64,000 nucleotides of DNA from Calcarisporiella thermophila CBS 279.70 (taxonomy: Eukaryota > Fungi > Calcarisporiellomycota). The position numbers were made by a program, and so were the translations under genes. Below the pieces are notes generated by a model that was not told where the DNA came from, ran no database searches, and saw only the letters and a program-made list of their open reading frames with translations. The stretch covers positions 134,515-198,514 of the forward strand of contig NW_027192202.1 of the NCBI RefSeq assembly GCF_041956535.1, in the 5' to 3' direction. This document shows positions 51,333 to 63,840 of the stretch, piece after piece; within the stretch, counting starts at the first letter, position 1; each line of letters begins with the position of its first letter.

Positions 51333-52801
51333 CTAATCACTGGTGGAGAGTCTGCTTTTTAGCAGTAGACCCAAGCCTCCAGATACCAAACAAAGGGCAA
51401 TTGGAATAGCGTAGACCTTGGAAGCCAGGAGGGGAGTTCCCACCTCTGGTGCTGCAATCTTGGCAATTGCCAGCATCCCGATCATCCAGGGCATCAATGA
51501 CACCGTGTATTTTGGTTCAATCAGTTTTGAAAAGAGGCTTGGATGGACACCTGCTTGAAGATTGTACGCGGTATAGCATATGGTTGCCCCAAGAATCCAA
51601 ACAATTTGAGTGCCTACCGACTCGGAATTCAAAACGAGCACGAGTAGCATAATCAAATTACCAATAAACACCACAAAAAAGCTGTAGGCACTTAGGAGGA
51701 TCTCTGCTTGCCCAGGTCCGGAGAATTTTTTGAGAAATGCGTTCAAGTTGTGCGAAAACAAAGGCCCGATCATCGACACAATTAGGATTGCGGCCATTAT
51801 ACCACCCTGGAGACTGGTGCCATAGTGGAATATCTCCCAGAAAGTATACGGCATAAGAAATTGTACCGTTGACACTGCGAAAGCCGACGAAAACTGGAGA
51901 AACAGCAGTGCTGAGGGTCCAACTTTAAATATTTCACGAATACCTTGCATGGGAGAGACCGCTAACATATATAAAAAAAAGATCAGACAAAGTCTCTAGA
52001 TCTCTATTCATCTTCAATGGTACCTGGTCGCTTGATATCTTTTAGTTTAAGTGCAACAATTATGTTAAGTATTACCGTGAGAAGAGTGTTGAAAAGAGGA
52101 GGTGCAGTATAGTTGTTGATGTGATAGTGTCCAATGTAAAAGTTGCACAGCCCTAATAAACTTGCAAGGCCTATATATGTTTTAGTTGCTGTTTTGAAGG
52201 AAAAATTACTATCACTGTGCCTACCTGGGCTCACTAAGCCTAATATCATAAAGGTACGGAACATTGACATTGCCTGTAATCGTTCCTCCTTTGTGGTAGC
52301 AACCGCTATATACGCGTTCCCTAATGACCCGGAACCCTCTGCGGCGCCACAAAGGGTTCTGCCTACTACAACCCATCCGACATGATTCAAAGCACCAGGC
52401 GATGCAAGTGAATAGAGTAAATTCCCCACGCAATACAAGAACATAAGGCTCACAACCACCAATTTGAGGCTACCAATTTTCTCCGCAATATAACCGACGC
52501 TAAAACTGACGATTATCTGAGCCACAGCAGTGAGTGAAAGAGTAAGAGCATAATAGTAACTAGCTTGATCTGACGTTAAACTTTGAATATAGGGGTATAT
52601 GGAGTTGAGATAAAGAGACATATCAATAGAAAATGCAACTATAATGATAAAGATGGGGTAGAGATCTTTGAGAAGCTGCCAGCCGTTACGTCTCTGTGGC
52701 TTGGTTTCAACTTCCTTTTCGGCCGTGTGTCCTTCTTCGAGTTTGGCATCATTCTCCAAGTTTTTTTCGTCAAGTGCCACGCAACTACTGGTATTAGACA
52801 T
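51333..52801 (-). CDS. PUL3: MFS transporter, PUL3-like (pulcherrimin-type) transporter
   Basis: Three exons, many TM helices. FSIDMSLYLNSI..AVAQIIVSFSVGYIAEKIGSLK..VGNLLYS..GRTLCGAA..FRT..CNFYIGHYHINNYTAP closely parallels my recollection of yeast Pul3 (YNR062C family); not verified by search. Confidence 0.7.
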
Positions 52802-52910
52802 ATTTACAAAACCAAGAAAAATGACAAGATGTATGTGATTTTCCCTCACTAGAATGGATTTCTTATATATTATTCTTGAAATTAAATTACTTGGCATCCC
52901 TCATAATCCC

Positions 52911-53026
52911 TGGCCGCGGAAAAGTTGATTTCGGCTCGGACAACCGGAATAAATGCGGCTCGGACAGCATTTTTAATTCGGATCGGAGAAAAAAAACTGC
53001 TGGTAAGCCACTTTCCGACTGTCCGA
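52911..53026. promoter_or_regulatory. Cluster of CGG triplets (candidate Zn2Cys6 sites) in the divergent MFS/P450 promoter
   Basis: CGGCTCGGACA twice (52932, 52956), CGGATCGGAGA (52979) and TTCCGACTGTCCGA (53013) in an otherwise AT-rich spacer. Confidence 0.45.
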
Positions 53027-53780
53027 AATCTTTATTTAAGCCACCATTTTTATAAGGAAATTCAATCCAAAAAGATTGAAAAATAACCTAAAATGAGCTC
53101 GGGATGGGATCATTTATTTTTAACTTTTTAGCTTAGAAGTAAACCAATCAATTTTGGTGGTATACCACGTTTAAATTTTTGGCTATTGGACTCGGGGTTA
53201 AAAGCTCTGCTTCAGAGGCAAGTTGATTTGAATCTAAATAGGCGATTAATTTGTGGATATCAGCTACTCTTTAACGAAAATAACTTTGCGTCTTAATATT
53301 ATAAAATATGAATTAAACTACTCACCCTGAAGGGTCTCCTGATATGCAACTAATGATACATGAAAAAAAAATAAAATCCAATCTTGGAGTCACAATTGCG
53401 TGTTATTGGTACAAACATTGGATGCATTATTATTTTCAATATCATAATTTTTTTTGAAAGATGCCCTGAATTCAATTAATTTAGAACTCAAACCTGGAAA
53501 TTAAATTTCGCGGTTAATAATTATCACGGCTTGTACTATGTGCATGGCCGAAGATATTTCTTATCTAAGAAAGAGCTACGTTGCGCCTTGTTACAAACCG
53601 CCACCTTTGTGCTCGATTACGCATTGTCTTCCCGAGGTTACCGCGTTCATATACCAGGATTTTATTCATAAAGAGGACAAAAGCCCACCAATATACCCCA
53701 CGTCATTATCCTTCCCCAAAATTTATATATATTCTTCTCGTATTCGTGTTAGAACCAATTTCATTACTTTATCCATTAAG

Positions 53781-55972
53781 ATGTTGAAACTTGATTTTTC
53801 TGCCCAAGGATTTCCTGAGGCAATCATGGAATTGGCTAATAATTTGGGGACACGAGAGCGTGCTGTTCTTAGCGCTGCCATTGTTGCCTCTGTTTGGCCG
53901 ATTGTTTTACCCCTTGGAAAAAGTCTATATGAGGTAGGGTGACTCTAGCAAGAATATTAATTTCCATAGCATTTATGGAGCCTTCATACTAATAAATTAA
54001 TCACCAACATAACCACTCAAAACCATAGCGATATCTTACTTCCAAGCATAAATGGGTTAACTCAACTGGTGAAGATGTTAACGGTCCTCCAGTGTCACTT
54101 CCTCATGGTTCTCGTTTTGAGCGCTTCAGTAGAGGAAAAGCCATGACTCGAGAGTACTATGAACAATACGGCCATGTCTATCGCATCTGGAACGGAAGTC
54201 TTCCAGAGCTGTGAGTATCTGTGTATATGAGTTTGACTAATAATTGCTAATTGTTACTCCTTAGAGTTCTATCAAGCTCTGATGACATTGCTGTATATTA
54301 CAAAGATTCCAAGTAAGAAAATATTCATAATATTTTGTATATTATAATTTAGTCAACTTATTTAATATTATTAAATATTCATAAGAGCACACATGAAAAA
54401 CGAGTCTATAGGGTTTGGAGCTTTTTTCCATCGTCTCCTGGGTGACTGTGTCGGAGTTCAGCATGGTTTGTAGCAACTGAGCACTACATATTGGAGACTT
54501 TCTAATCTTATTTTTATATATAGGAGAGGATTGGAAACGTGTTCGCTCCATTGTCGATCCACATTACACCTACAAAGTAGCAAATAATTTTGCCTCAGAG
54601 ATTATTAGCGATGTTTACGAATGGATAGATAAACTTCCAAACAATGCCAGCAGGTCGCATTCTCATGAAGATATTCTAGTTGCCGATTCTATGAATATCG
54701 TCAAGCATTTGCCTTTCGGGATGATTGCCAAGACGATCTATGGTCAACTAACGCCCGATGACCAAATTCGTCTCAGAGATATGAATGAGGATCATGAAAA
54801 ACTCGTAGAGATCGCTTTTTTGGGTCAATGGGCGAAATACTCGTGGTATCGCTGGTTACCAACAGAAGCAAATCGTATGATGGATAAGTACTTGGGCTCT
54901 TGGGAAGCATTCAATATCGAAATGGTTAAAAGAGCACGCAAGGTATGAAAAATAATATGTTAGTAATATACCTATTAGGAAATAGAAGCTAATTATATCG
55001 GTATATCTCTTCTTTAGCTTGATCAACCTGACGCAGCATCCACTATGTACAGCTCAGTTGAATCCGGAAAAATGCGCCTGGTTGAAGTAGCTATTCATAT
55101 CTATCTCTGCACAACTACACGATTCAATTGATTATGCATTTATTTTCATAGTTCTTACAGACTCTAGATGAGATTTTATTCACAAATATTGATGTCACTA
55201 GCAGTGTGCTTGCATGGGCTCTCATTAATGTTGCGCGTAATTCTCGTGTACAGTCTAAACTTCGCGTTGAGATTCTTGATATTCTTGGTGATAAAAGCGG
55301 CCCCGAGCTTATGTCTACTATTGAAAAATATATCAATCGACAAGACACATTGCTACATTACACATACTTAGAGTCAGCGCGCTTGAACCCTATAGCCTGT
55401 AAGTTCAGTTTGGAATAAACTCTTTTGAAATAAACTCTAATTTTTCTATATAGGGCTGAGTTTACCTGAGGTTACAAGCGAAGACAAAATCCTTGGAAAC
55501 GGATATAAAATTCCGAAAGGGGTAAGCAATTTACTTGGATTACATTTATTTATCTATAATTAATTGTAAAATTTCCCTATAGACTAGCGTTGTTATTGCA
55601 ACTAATATCTTGAACACAAAAGATCCTGTCTGGGGCAATGATGGAGATGTATTTAGACCTGAACGTTTTGCAACCCTATCTCCTAATCAGTATCGTTACA
55701 GGTAATGAAACCTTAATTATATATCGATATATGTCAACTATGATCTGACATTCTTATAAATCTTAAGTTTTTGGCGCTTTGGTATGGGCACACGCCAATG
55801 TGTTGGAAAATATTTCGCTCCTTTAATGATAAAATCGCTCATCACCGCGATTCTTTCTAAATACAATATTTCGGTCGTTGGCCATGATGAGTGTTCGGAG
55901 ATCCCAACTCGACCTGATCGATTTGTGTCCACTCCGATTGCTGAGCTCAAATTTACTCCTTTAACTTTATAG
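53781..55972 (+). CDS. PUL2: Cytochrome P450, PUL2/GliC-like diketopiperazine-acting type
   Basis: Intron-rich. N-terminal anchor, YGHVYRIWNG, I-helix TLDEILFTNIDVT, ExxR (ESAR), PERF, heme motif FWRFGMGTRQCVGKY. Flanked by Pul3-like and Pul1-like genes. Confidence 0.75.
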
Positions 55973-57053
55973 TTATTAAAAATGATTATATGTTTATTTC
56001 ATTCATTAAAATAAATGATTTTTTGAAAGACCTCCATTTGCTTAATTCAAGATGTTGTTTTCGTGTTATTGGGAAATGCTAAAAAATCGAGTATCATTTA
56101 ATACTCAACATTCCACCAAGCAGTTCAATTATTTTATTTGGCCTCCTTTCATATCAGCGGCATGTCCTTCCAAACGGGTAATACCGGCCTTATTTTTCTC
56201 AAAAAGAGGTTTATTTCTGTCTTTTAAAGATTGAGAATCTATTTGTTTCAGCGGGATTCTCAATTCTAACCGAGAATCAGTTTCCGTTTTATCATTAATA
56301 AAGTTTTATACAACGGCTCTAAAATCAGTAAAAAGGAAATTCCGGTATCATTCCTTTTTTTATTACTTTTTGTGAAAATGCTTTTAAAAACTTAATCAAT
56401 ACACGTGGATCAATGTTTTATCAGACTTGGATAACGGCGAAGGAACGCCTTTCCCCATGCAGTGTTTTGAAGTAAAAATTATCGGCATATTATGTAAAAA
56501 AATTGCGTACACCTCTGTAAAATTAATATAATTTTGGTCTTGGGTTTATTGAAATCTTTTGAATCTCTTAAAATTCAAGTTGCCGATATTTCCTAATAGG
56601 AACGAGGCAACCATTAAATCTTCAAAAATTAAACCTTTCTTTATCATACAGCCATCTTATATTATAAGTACATTCATGCGCAAGGATAAGAAATAGACCG
56701 GAACTGTATAATATTATAGGCTATAAAAGGCATTGTAGAATATATTTTCAAAATGAGCACAAAGCTACTGGGGATAGCGCATCAATTTTAATCTCAGTTT
56801 TTGCAATAAGCTTGAAATTAAGCACCATCAAGGTTAGCGAAGAATGACTAAGCTTTCAGTTAAAAAGTCTTGACGTGGATTCGTGCTCTTTCGCCTCCAT
56901 TTGACGGAACAATACCGAAATAATTTCGCAGCAAGAGCCACGGCCTTTATTAAGGCTGCCGTCGCTGCACTTTACATCTCAATTTTCAAAAAATTCTTAA
57001 TCTTACTACAATCAAATATAAAAAACGCGACCCAACACTTAACTTGTATCGAA

Positions 57054-58929
57054 ATGTCGGTCTACCTATTCGCAGAACCTTTTGAGCCAATCTACTCCAA
57101 GCAGATCAAACGTGGGCAATATGCTGCTCATGTTGAAGATATCAAACGCGGGATAACAAATACCATTGAAGCCTTGCAACAATTTATTCGCCTATGCCTA
57201 GGGGATTATTCTGGGGGCGGCTCACTCGCGTTTGATGCTCACGTAGGAGATTGTGGTTGCCAATACCGTGCATGCATGATTTTGGAGCTGCTTGAGATAT
57301 ATTCAAACGATCGCACTTTGATAGCGAAATTAATTAACATGATAAGAGAGCTTGAGAACTTGCGTGAACAAGCAACGTTGCATTTGATAAAGCTCAATAA
57401 ACTTCTCCCGGTAAGTTTTTGAATTAACAAAGTGATTTTGAGTTGAGTGGAACAACATATTTTCCAGAAATTGCTTCATTTGACTACTTAATCAATCTAT
57501 AGCCAAAGCAACTGGGACTAAACGGAAAGGAAGAAACTGTTCCCACCCTACAACAGAAACTCCAACTTATACTCCAACGTGATAGCGAAGAGGATCTGCC
57601 TGAGCAGATTATTCCCACAATTGATGCACAATTCACTCCGGTTTGGCAGCCCTATAACTCTTGGTTTACTACGAAATTTTTGGCATTCTGTTATGTCCTC
57701 CGTAAATATAAAATCATCGTCAGCGAAAACGGCACGGTAACCCATCGTCTCCACCTCAAAGAACTTGGCGGAAAAAAAGTGGCAAATGAGTTCAAAACAA
57801 TGCAGAGCTATATAAGCTTACTCTCGGTGGAATATGTTAAGACTAAATCCTCTGAGCTGGGACTCCCAAATCCATTGAACAAGTGAGTTCTCTTGATTCT
57901 GTTACCAAAATTTCAACCTTAACTTACTATTTTCCTTACTGCAGACTCATTGAAAATGCGAAAGCAAGCTCTGCTAAAAACATATATGCCACGCCGTGCT
58001 TTTTGGGCTTTATTCCAATCCGTGCCCTTTGGTTCTACCGTCGAGTTCCTATATTACTTCACTTGCGTCGTTTTTGCAACGAAGGTGTGAATCAATTAAA
58101 TATTAACTAGGCTCTCTATATATGGCTACAATTATATAATTATTAGGCTACCATGATAACTTCATTTTTGTTGAATCACTTTATACGGGCAATTGCGGAA
58201 TCGATTCTTCCGTTTCTGACACATCCAGCACTGATGGGAACAATCAAGCATTCAATTTTAACTTTCATAACAAATTCAATTTCGACGAGAGTTTAGCCAC
58301 GCCTTCCTCATCTTTACTTGAGCATTATGGCTGGCGATTATCTTTATTAGCCAGCTCAGAGCAATTTGCCGCAAATAAGATCAACGGCATCAAGGGTAGC
58401 CCCAAATCTTCCTTCTCTGCAATTGAAGCAATATCTTCTACTTCTTGCATTGTAATGACTGCGAATTCAATTGATGGGTAAATAGAAAACAGGCAAATCA
58501 AACTGTTTTAATTGACATCTAATATTCTTCATTTTCGTGCACAGGACCTATAATGATTATTACCAACGTACTACCTCACAATTTGAATCTCGTCATTGTG
58601 ATCATGCATGCATGGATAATCTCAGCCTAGTTGATGCCGTTCTACACTGCGATTTCGATGAAATTCTAACACACTTTTTCGCGCAACATGAGCAATATCC
58701 GTTTGCGACTGAGGGAACTGACCAAACTATCGAAGATAGTCCATTGCATAATTCGATGAAAGCTTATGCCCCCGGGCTTCGAGACGAGTACCTGAATTTG
58801 CGTGCGAGGGCTGATGAACTGGGATGCGGCAGAAATATGCATCTCATGTCATTTCAGCATGTATTCTCGGAGCAACCATTGCGGTATGCTCATATTATTG
58901 CAAATATGCTTAAACCAACAATTGTATAA
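57054..58929 (+). CDS. PUL1: Pul1-like putative cyclodipeptide synthase
   Basis: Five exons (57054-57410, ~57502-57882, ~57945-58084, ~58147-58477, ~58545-58929) join into an open frame. LAFDAHVGDCGCQYRACMILELL, FCYVLRKYK, VPILLHLRRF..YHDN and SFQHVF parallel motifs I recall from K. lactis Pul1; needs confirming. Confidence 0.7.
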
Positions 58930-60074
58930 CTTTAGTATGTATGACGGGAGTGATATCACAATAGGAATACAAATATCCCATTATATGCGAGAATTTAGTA
59001 GCCATATTTCATTGATATATACAGTATATTACAATATTATCGCTAATAGAAATAAAGTTTAGAGCCAAGAATTATTACAACATGTATTAAAATAGTGATT
59101 GGTCTTATTCTGCCACATATTTTGTGGCTCTTTGTATATAGATTAACTATAATAACTCTTTCCAAATACAAAAAACTCAATTTTTAAACCATGAAACATT
59201 TATAGCATAAATTTAAGATATTAATTGTGAATTTTCATTCTATTAATTACCGTTTGATTACTTAATTACTACTAAGATGGTTAATTTTATATTATTTAAC
59301 TGTAAGTTACACATTTTTATCACTCTACATCTTATAAACCAAAAACCCCATGAAGCATCATGTTTATTTATGTATATCGTTTCCCATTCCATTACAGATG
59401 AAGGTAGAAGATCCAATCATGCTCCCGAGGAAAGCCATTCGTCTCGCGACAACTACAATAAAGCTTCCATTGAAGATCAAATCCTGGTTTTTAGCTGCTT
59501 GGCGCATCTCAAGGAGGAGCTTCACACAAAGGCCTCTCTCTAGAAGCTTAAGAAATACTTCTACACAACCAAGAAAATCAGGCAAGCAACGGGGTTAATC
59601 GAAATTCGACGTGGACACAATTGTCACTTTGGGGTCTTGGGCCTCATTTTCAACATTCGACTTCTTCCGAAGAGACCGCGCTTTCAACGCTGACGTTTCT
59701 AGTGTACTTCTTTCGACGGAACTTTAATGCATAGGTTAGGACCTCCTGCATTATCGTGAAGTGTGAGCTGCTGACTTGCCTTGTCAATTTCGCTTGCGCC
59801 GTCGACTCCGCTAGGCTTAAGCAAGAATTACTACTGCTGAAGAGCCAGTACACAATCACCAGGTCATGTTTTGTGCATACAGTTGCGTACAAAACCCCCT
59901 TGCTGTTTTCACGATTGCTTGTTGGCTTCACGAGACTTTCCCCTAATTATCTAACAGTTCCGCGATTTTGATGCTAGCCTGTCATGACTTGATCAGTCTG
60001 TGAAATCATCTCGTTGATCTTTCCCTTTGTTCTGTCCATCTGGTTCGTTATTGAACCAAAAAAAAATTGGGGGG

Positions 60075-60600
60075 GAGGATTATTAAAAAGTATCAATTTT
60101 TGTTCTTAATAAAGAATATTGATAGACATTAGAAATCCATGTAAGAATTGAGGGGTGTATAGTAAATCTGCTATCCTTTCTATTTTTCCATGGAGATTAG
60201 AAAATAGGATGAGATAGGAAAAAGGAAACAGAAAAAAAATAGTTTTTTTAAAGGATCTTTATTAGAAAGTCTCCTAAACAAGTTATATGAAAGGTTTGTA
60301 CACCCCTCATTTTTACATGGAATTTCTTGTTTTTCTGATGTCTATCAATATCCAAAGAATAAGAAGTACATATGGTAAAGTAACATTGACGTATTATACT
60401 GCATTTCGGAGGGGTCGTAGCGAAGTAGTTTAGAGCTCAATTCCTAGAGTATGTCCCGGTCACTTCCAGGAAACAAATAAAAATTTTTTTTTGTTAGGAG
60501 GATCTTTATTAAAAAGTATCCTTTTTCGTTAGTAAAGGAAATTGATAGATATCAAGACATCAGAAAACAAGTAATCCATGTAAGAAATGGTAGAGAGGGT
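60075..60600. repeat. Short repeated segments (direct and inverted) resembling LINE 3' UTR remnants
   Basis: attgataga..catYagaaa..atccatgtaagaa at ~60118 and ~60541, an inverted copy at ~60299-60349, and ggat(c)tttatta motifs at ~60077, 60253 and 60500. Confidence 0.6.
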
Positions 60601-61775
60601 GTCTGACTTTCCTATTTTTCAAGGAAAGTGGTATACGAGTGAGGGAAGGGAAAAAAAAGGAAATTAGAATACGGGTGGTTGGGTATTCGGTATAGTCGTA
60701 TTGGAGCTAAGTGTTTTGGATGAAGGATGTTTCGTCTCCTTGGACTTGTATCCAACTTCCCTTACACCAAAGCTCTTGGAAATCTTCTTTTTTATCCTTT
60801 ATGGACGCTGATCACTATTTGGACCTCACGATTTTTTTGCATTTCGTGTCTTAGTTGTTCAGCGAGTGCTATTTCGCTTGTTTGGACGCTATCCGTTATA
60901 ATCGATAATCTGGATCGATAGATGTTCCAGATAGTGGCATCATGGACCGTTGACACTACTTCCCGTTGGTAGACCATGGTTTTGTAGTCTATACCAAATA
61001 GTCTATCTTCCTTGGTTGATTCGTGAGCTCTCACTCCAAGAATGCGGCAGACGTAACCGTCTACCGTTTGCCATAGCTGATTTATGGCCAGGCATTCCAG
61101 GTAAGCATGAATACTGGTTTCTACTGCGTTGGTTGTGCACCGCTTGCAAATATTAGATTCTCCTATCCACTTACTAGTGATGATACCTGTCACCTATCTT
61201 AGTGCCCTATGCTTGGTTTCACTCGGCCGCTTTTTCCAGTACATCCAGGTTATCTCCCATTGGATGGAGTCGCTTGAGGTCTCTTTCCATTCCGGAGTGA
61301 TTTTCTCTCCTTTGCTTGTCTTATAAAGCCTCCCAATTTTTGTACGAAAATTGTTGAACTTTGTGCCAGCTAGCACATATTTACCAAGCGGGAACCTGGA
61401 TGGTCCTTCGATCAGTGGTATGCCCTGTAGCAGGACATCAGTCAGTTGTGGATTCATTTGGATCTCTCGTTTCCTCCGGTGCTACTGAAGAACTGTGTAG
61501 CTGTCTCTAAATCGGCTGGAATATTGGAAGGAATTTCTCGCGACTTACTCATGGACTTTTGGTTCTACCATCGGTTTGTATGTGTTAATCCTTCAATTGA
61601 GTTTAAAAAAGACACCTAGTTTGATCAGTCCTACACTTTCGCCTTTCGATTTTAATGGACATCCGCCCATTGAGAAGTAAGAGTTGTTGTTTATGGGGTG
61701 AGAGAGCGCTTCTTCGATGTTGAATTTCTGGGTAAGATCTAGTTTGCCGTCCAGACTTCTCCATACTCTCAGTAG
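60484..61775 (-). mobile_element. Degenerate L1/Tx1-like non-LTR retrotransposon 3' fragment (zf-RVT)
   Basis: CKRCTTNAVETSIHAYLECLAINQLW (C-x2-C..H..C..W zf-RVT), IWNIYRSR; stops and frameshifts; ends AATAAAGATCC..poly(A) at 60484-60492. Confidence 0.8.
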
Positions 61776-61785
61776 GAAAAAAAAA

Positions 61786-62100
61786 GTTTTTTCTCTAAGG
61801 ACGCGGGAACTTGCGTCCTGTGGTATATTTAGTATATATTACAAATGTGAGATATGCTTCCGAACAAGATTATTAAGTACTAGAAAACATGGGATATAAT
61901 ATAAAGAGTTCCGTGCTTGGAAATGTCGGGTTAGGTGTTCTTTGCTTCCTCGAAATCGAAGGCTGCTTCTTGGCTGTCATCGATCTGGATTAGCGAGCTC
62001 TTTCTCCATTTTTGCTTGAATCCTTCTTCGTCTTTTTTCCTCTGTGCCTGTATCCATTGTCCTTTGATTGCTATGATAAGATTTGATAAAGTATAGTCTC
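61786..62100 (-). mobile_element. Short LINE ORF2 C-terminal fragment
   Basis: IIAIKGQWIQAQRKKDEEGFKQKWRKSSLIQI resembles the ORF2 C-termini of the neighbouring fragments. Confidence 0.55.
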
Positions 62101-62107
62101 ACCCCTC

Positions 62108-63660
62108 TTTTTTTTTGATCAATCAACGGAGACTTTTATTAGTTTCCGTAGCTTACAGGAGTTTAATGATTACAATGAAAAAAGAAAGGGGGTATAAAGG
62201 GGTGGGGATATAGTTAGGTGGCAAGGTGGAACTTGGATTTTGACAATTTATGTTAGCCCAGAAAGGGAGAGACGAGAAGAAAGTAAGGAAACGCAAGGGG
62301 GTAAGAACATAGAGAGGGTGATAAACGCGGAGTAAGGGAATAAAGGGTAGATTAGATGTATATAGTGATCGGGTATTTGGTGAAAGATATGAAGTAAAGA
62401 GGAGGGGAGGAGATATAGATAGGGAGAGAGGAAGGGTTGCTTCATCACTCCAGTTTTAGTCTTGCTCTATCCGAACTTTCTATTACCGCTCCCTGACCGC
62501 ACCACCTTCTTCGGAATAACTCTATCTCTCGTCTTTTACGTGCCTTTATCAGTTCACCTCCGATAGCCTCCTCGATGTCCATTTTGGCACGGAGGATGAT
62601 TGTCTCGGGTGATGCTCGAGTGCATTCGAAATGGTAGGCGATTCGGTCCCGATGGATTTGCCATAGCACCGAATCGAAGACGATTTGAACCGCGTGTCTT
62701 ACTGTCCTCGGGGCTTCTGGTAGATCGCCAAGTACGAGGTTCCTGGGGCTCAGCACCTGAGTGTTTAGGGGGCTTGAGATGGTGTTGATACACCTTTCCG
62801 TCCAATGCCACACTGATGTGAGTTCGGGACATTCGAAGGTGTGGCGGATGGTGTCCCTCGGGGCGTTACAGCGGGTACATTTCGGGTCATGACCAGGGAT
62901 TGTCGAGTTTGTAATTACACGCTCTACGAGGATTCGCCAGCGTAGTGTGCGGTGTTTTGGGAGTGTTGGCCGTTTTTGAATGGAGGTCCAGACCTTTTCC
63001 CATTCCTTTGCCGTGGATGCAACCTCTGGCCAAGATTGGGGCGTCAGCGTTTCTGGTTCCGGAGAGCCATTTCGCTGGAAGTGCCTTCCCCGTCGAGTGG
63101 AGTATTCCGGGACGGGTGCGCCAGCCAGGTGACAAAGGTGGAGTGGGAAACGAGGAGGCGGATGTTGTCGGGGTATGGCAGAACATTTCGTGATTTTCTC
63201 TACTAGGTTGGGGGGCAGGATAAGGTATCCGTGTTCCCATTCTAAGGAAAAATCGTTATAGCGACGTTCGCACGCTCTTTTTACCTTTCCGTGGGTTGCG
63301 CAGAATATCTATGCTCCATTTCCGATTGTATCGGCATGTTCCGCTCCAAAAAGGCTTGTCGCCGGAGTGATCAACATTCTATCCTTCCTCCATTGATGAG
63401 GAAGGTTAGAATATCATTTAGTAGATACGGCGGTGTTGGCGGTTTCGGCTCCTCAAATTGTCGACCTTGTTTCGTAATTAAATGGCATTTGTACAAGGGT
63501 AAAGACAGTACATCTGGAGTTGACCAGTTGGGTGACGCGACCGGACCGCCTTCGATAGTGCGCCACGCTAATCCTCCCGAGTATCTAAGTGACTGCTTAC
63601 GTGACTTTTCCGTACCAAAAGCCAATATCCTTGTAATATTCCTGTTAGAATCTGCGTAGT
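62108..63660 (-). mobile_element. Degenerate L1/Tx1-like non-LTR retrotransposon 3' fragment (zf-RVT)
   Basis: CTRCNAPRDTIRHTFECPELTSVW, VLWQIHRDR, ELFRRRWC; 3' UTR ends AATAAAAGTCTCCGTTGATTGATC-poly(A) at 62108-62116. Confidence 0.8.
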
Positions 63661-63840
63661 ACATGCGAGGATAGTTAAGATAATTACTGGTTTATTAAAC
63701 AAGAATACTATCTGGAACTTAGGATCTCTCCCTTTACTATAGCGGGAGTTCTGTTCAATATATACTAAAAGAATTACATTACAACGATTACTTAATAATG
63801 CTCCGATAATGCTCCGAAATAGCAGGGCTTGAGGGATTAC

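Noticed and set aside
56280-56700. GATA-like iron-repressor sites upstream of the Pul1-like gene (and TGCAC motifs at ~40.6-40.8 kb and 43.6 kb)
   Set aside because: Short motifs expected by chance in AT-rich DNA; no exact ATCWGATAA seen.
59277-59971. Short ORFs after the Pul1-like gene, considered as a possible PUL4 remnant
   Set aside because: No Zn2Cys6 cysteine pattern; fragmented; probably degenerate repeat DNA.
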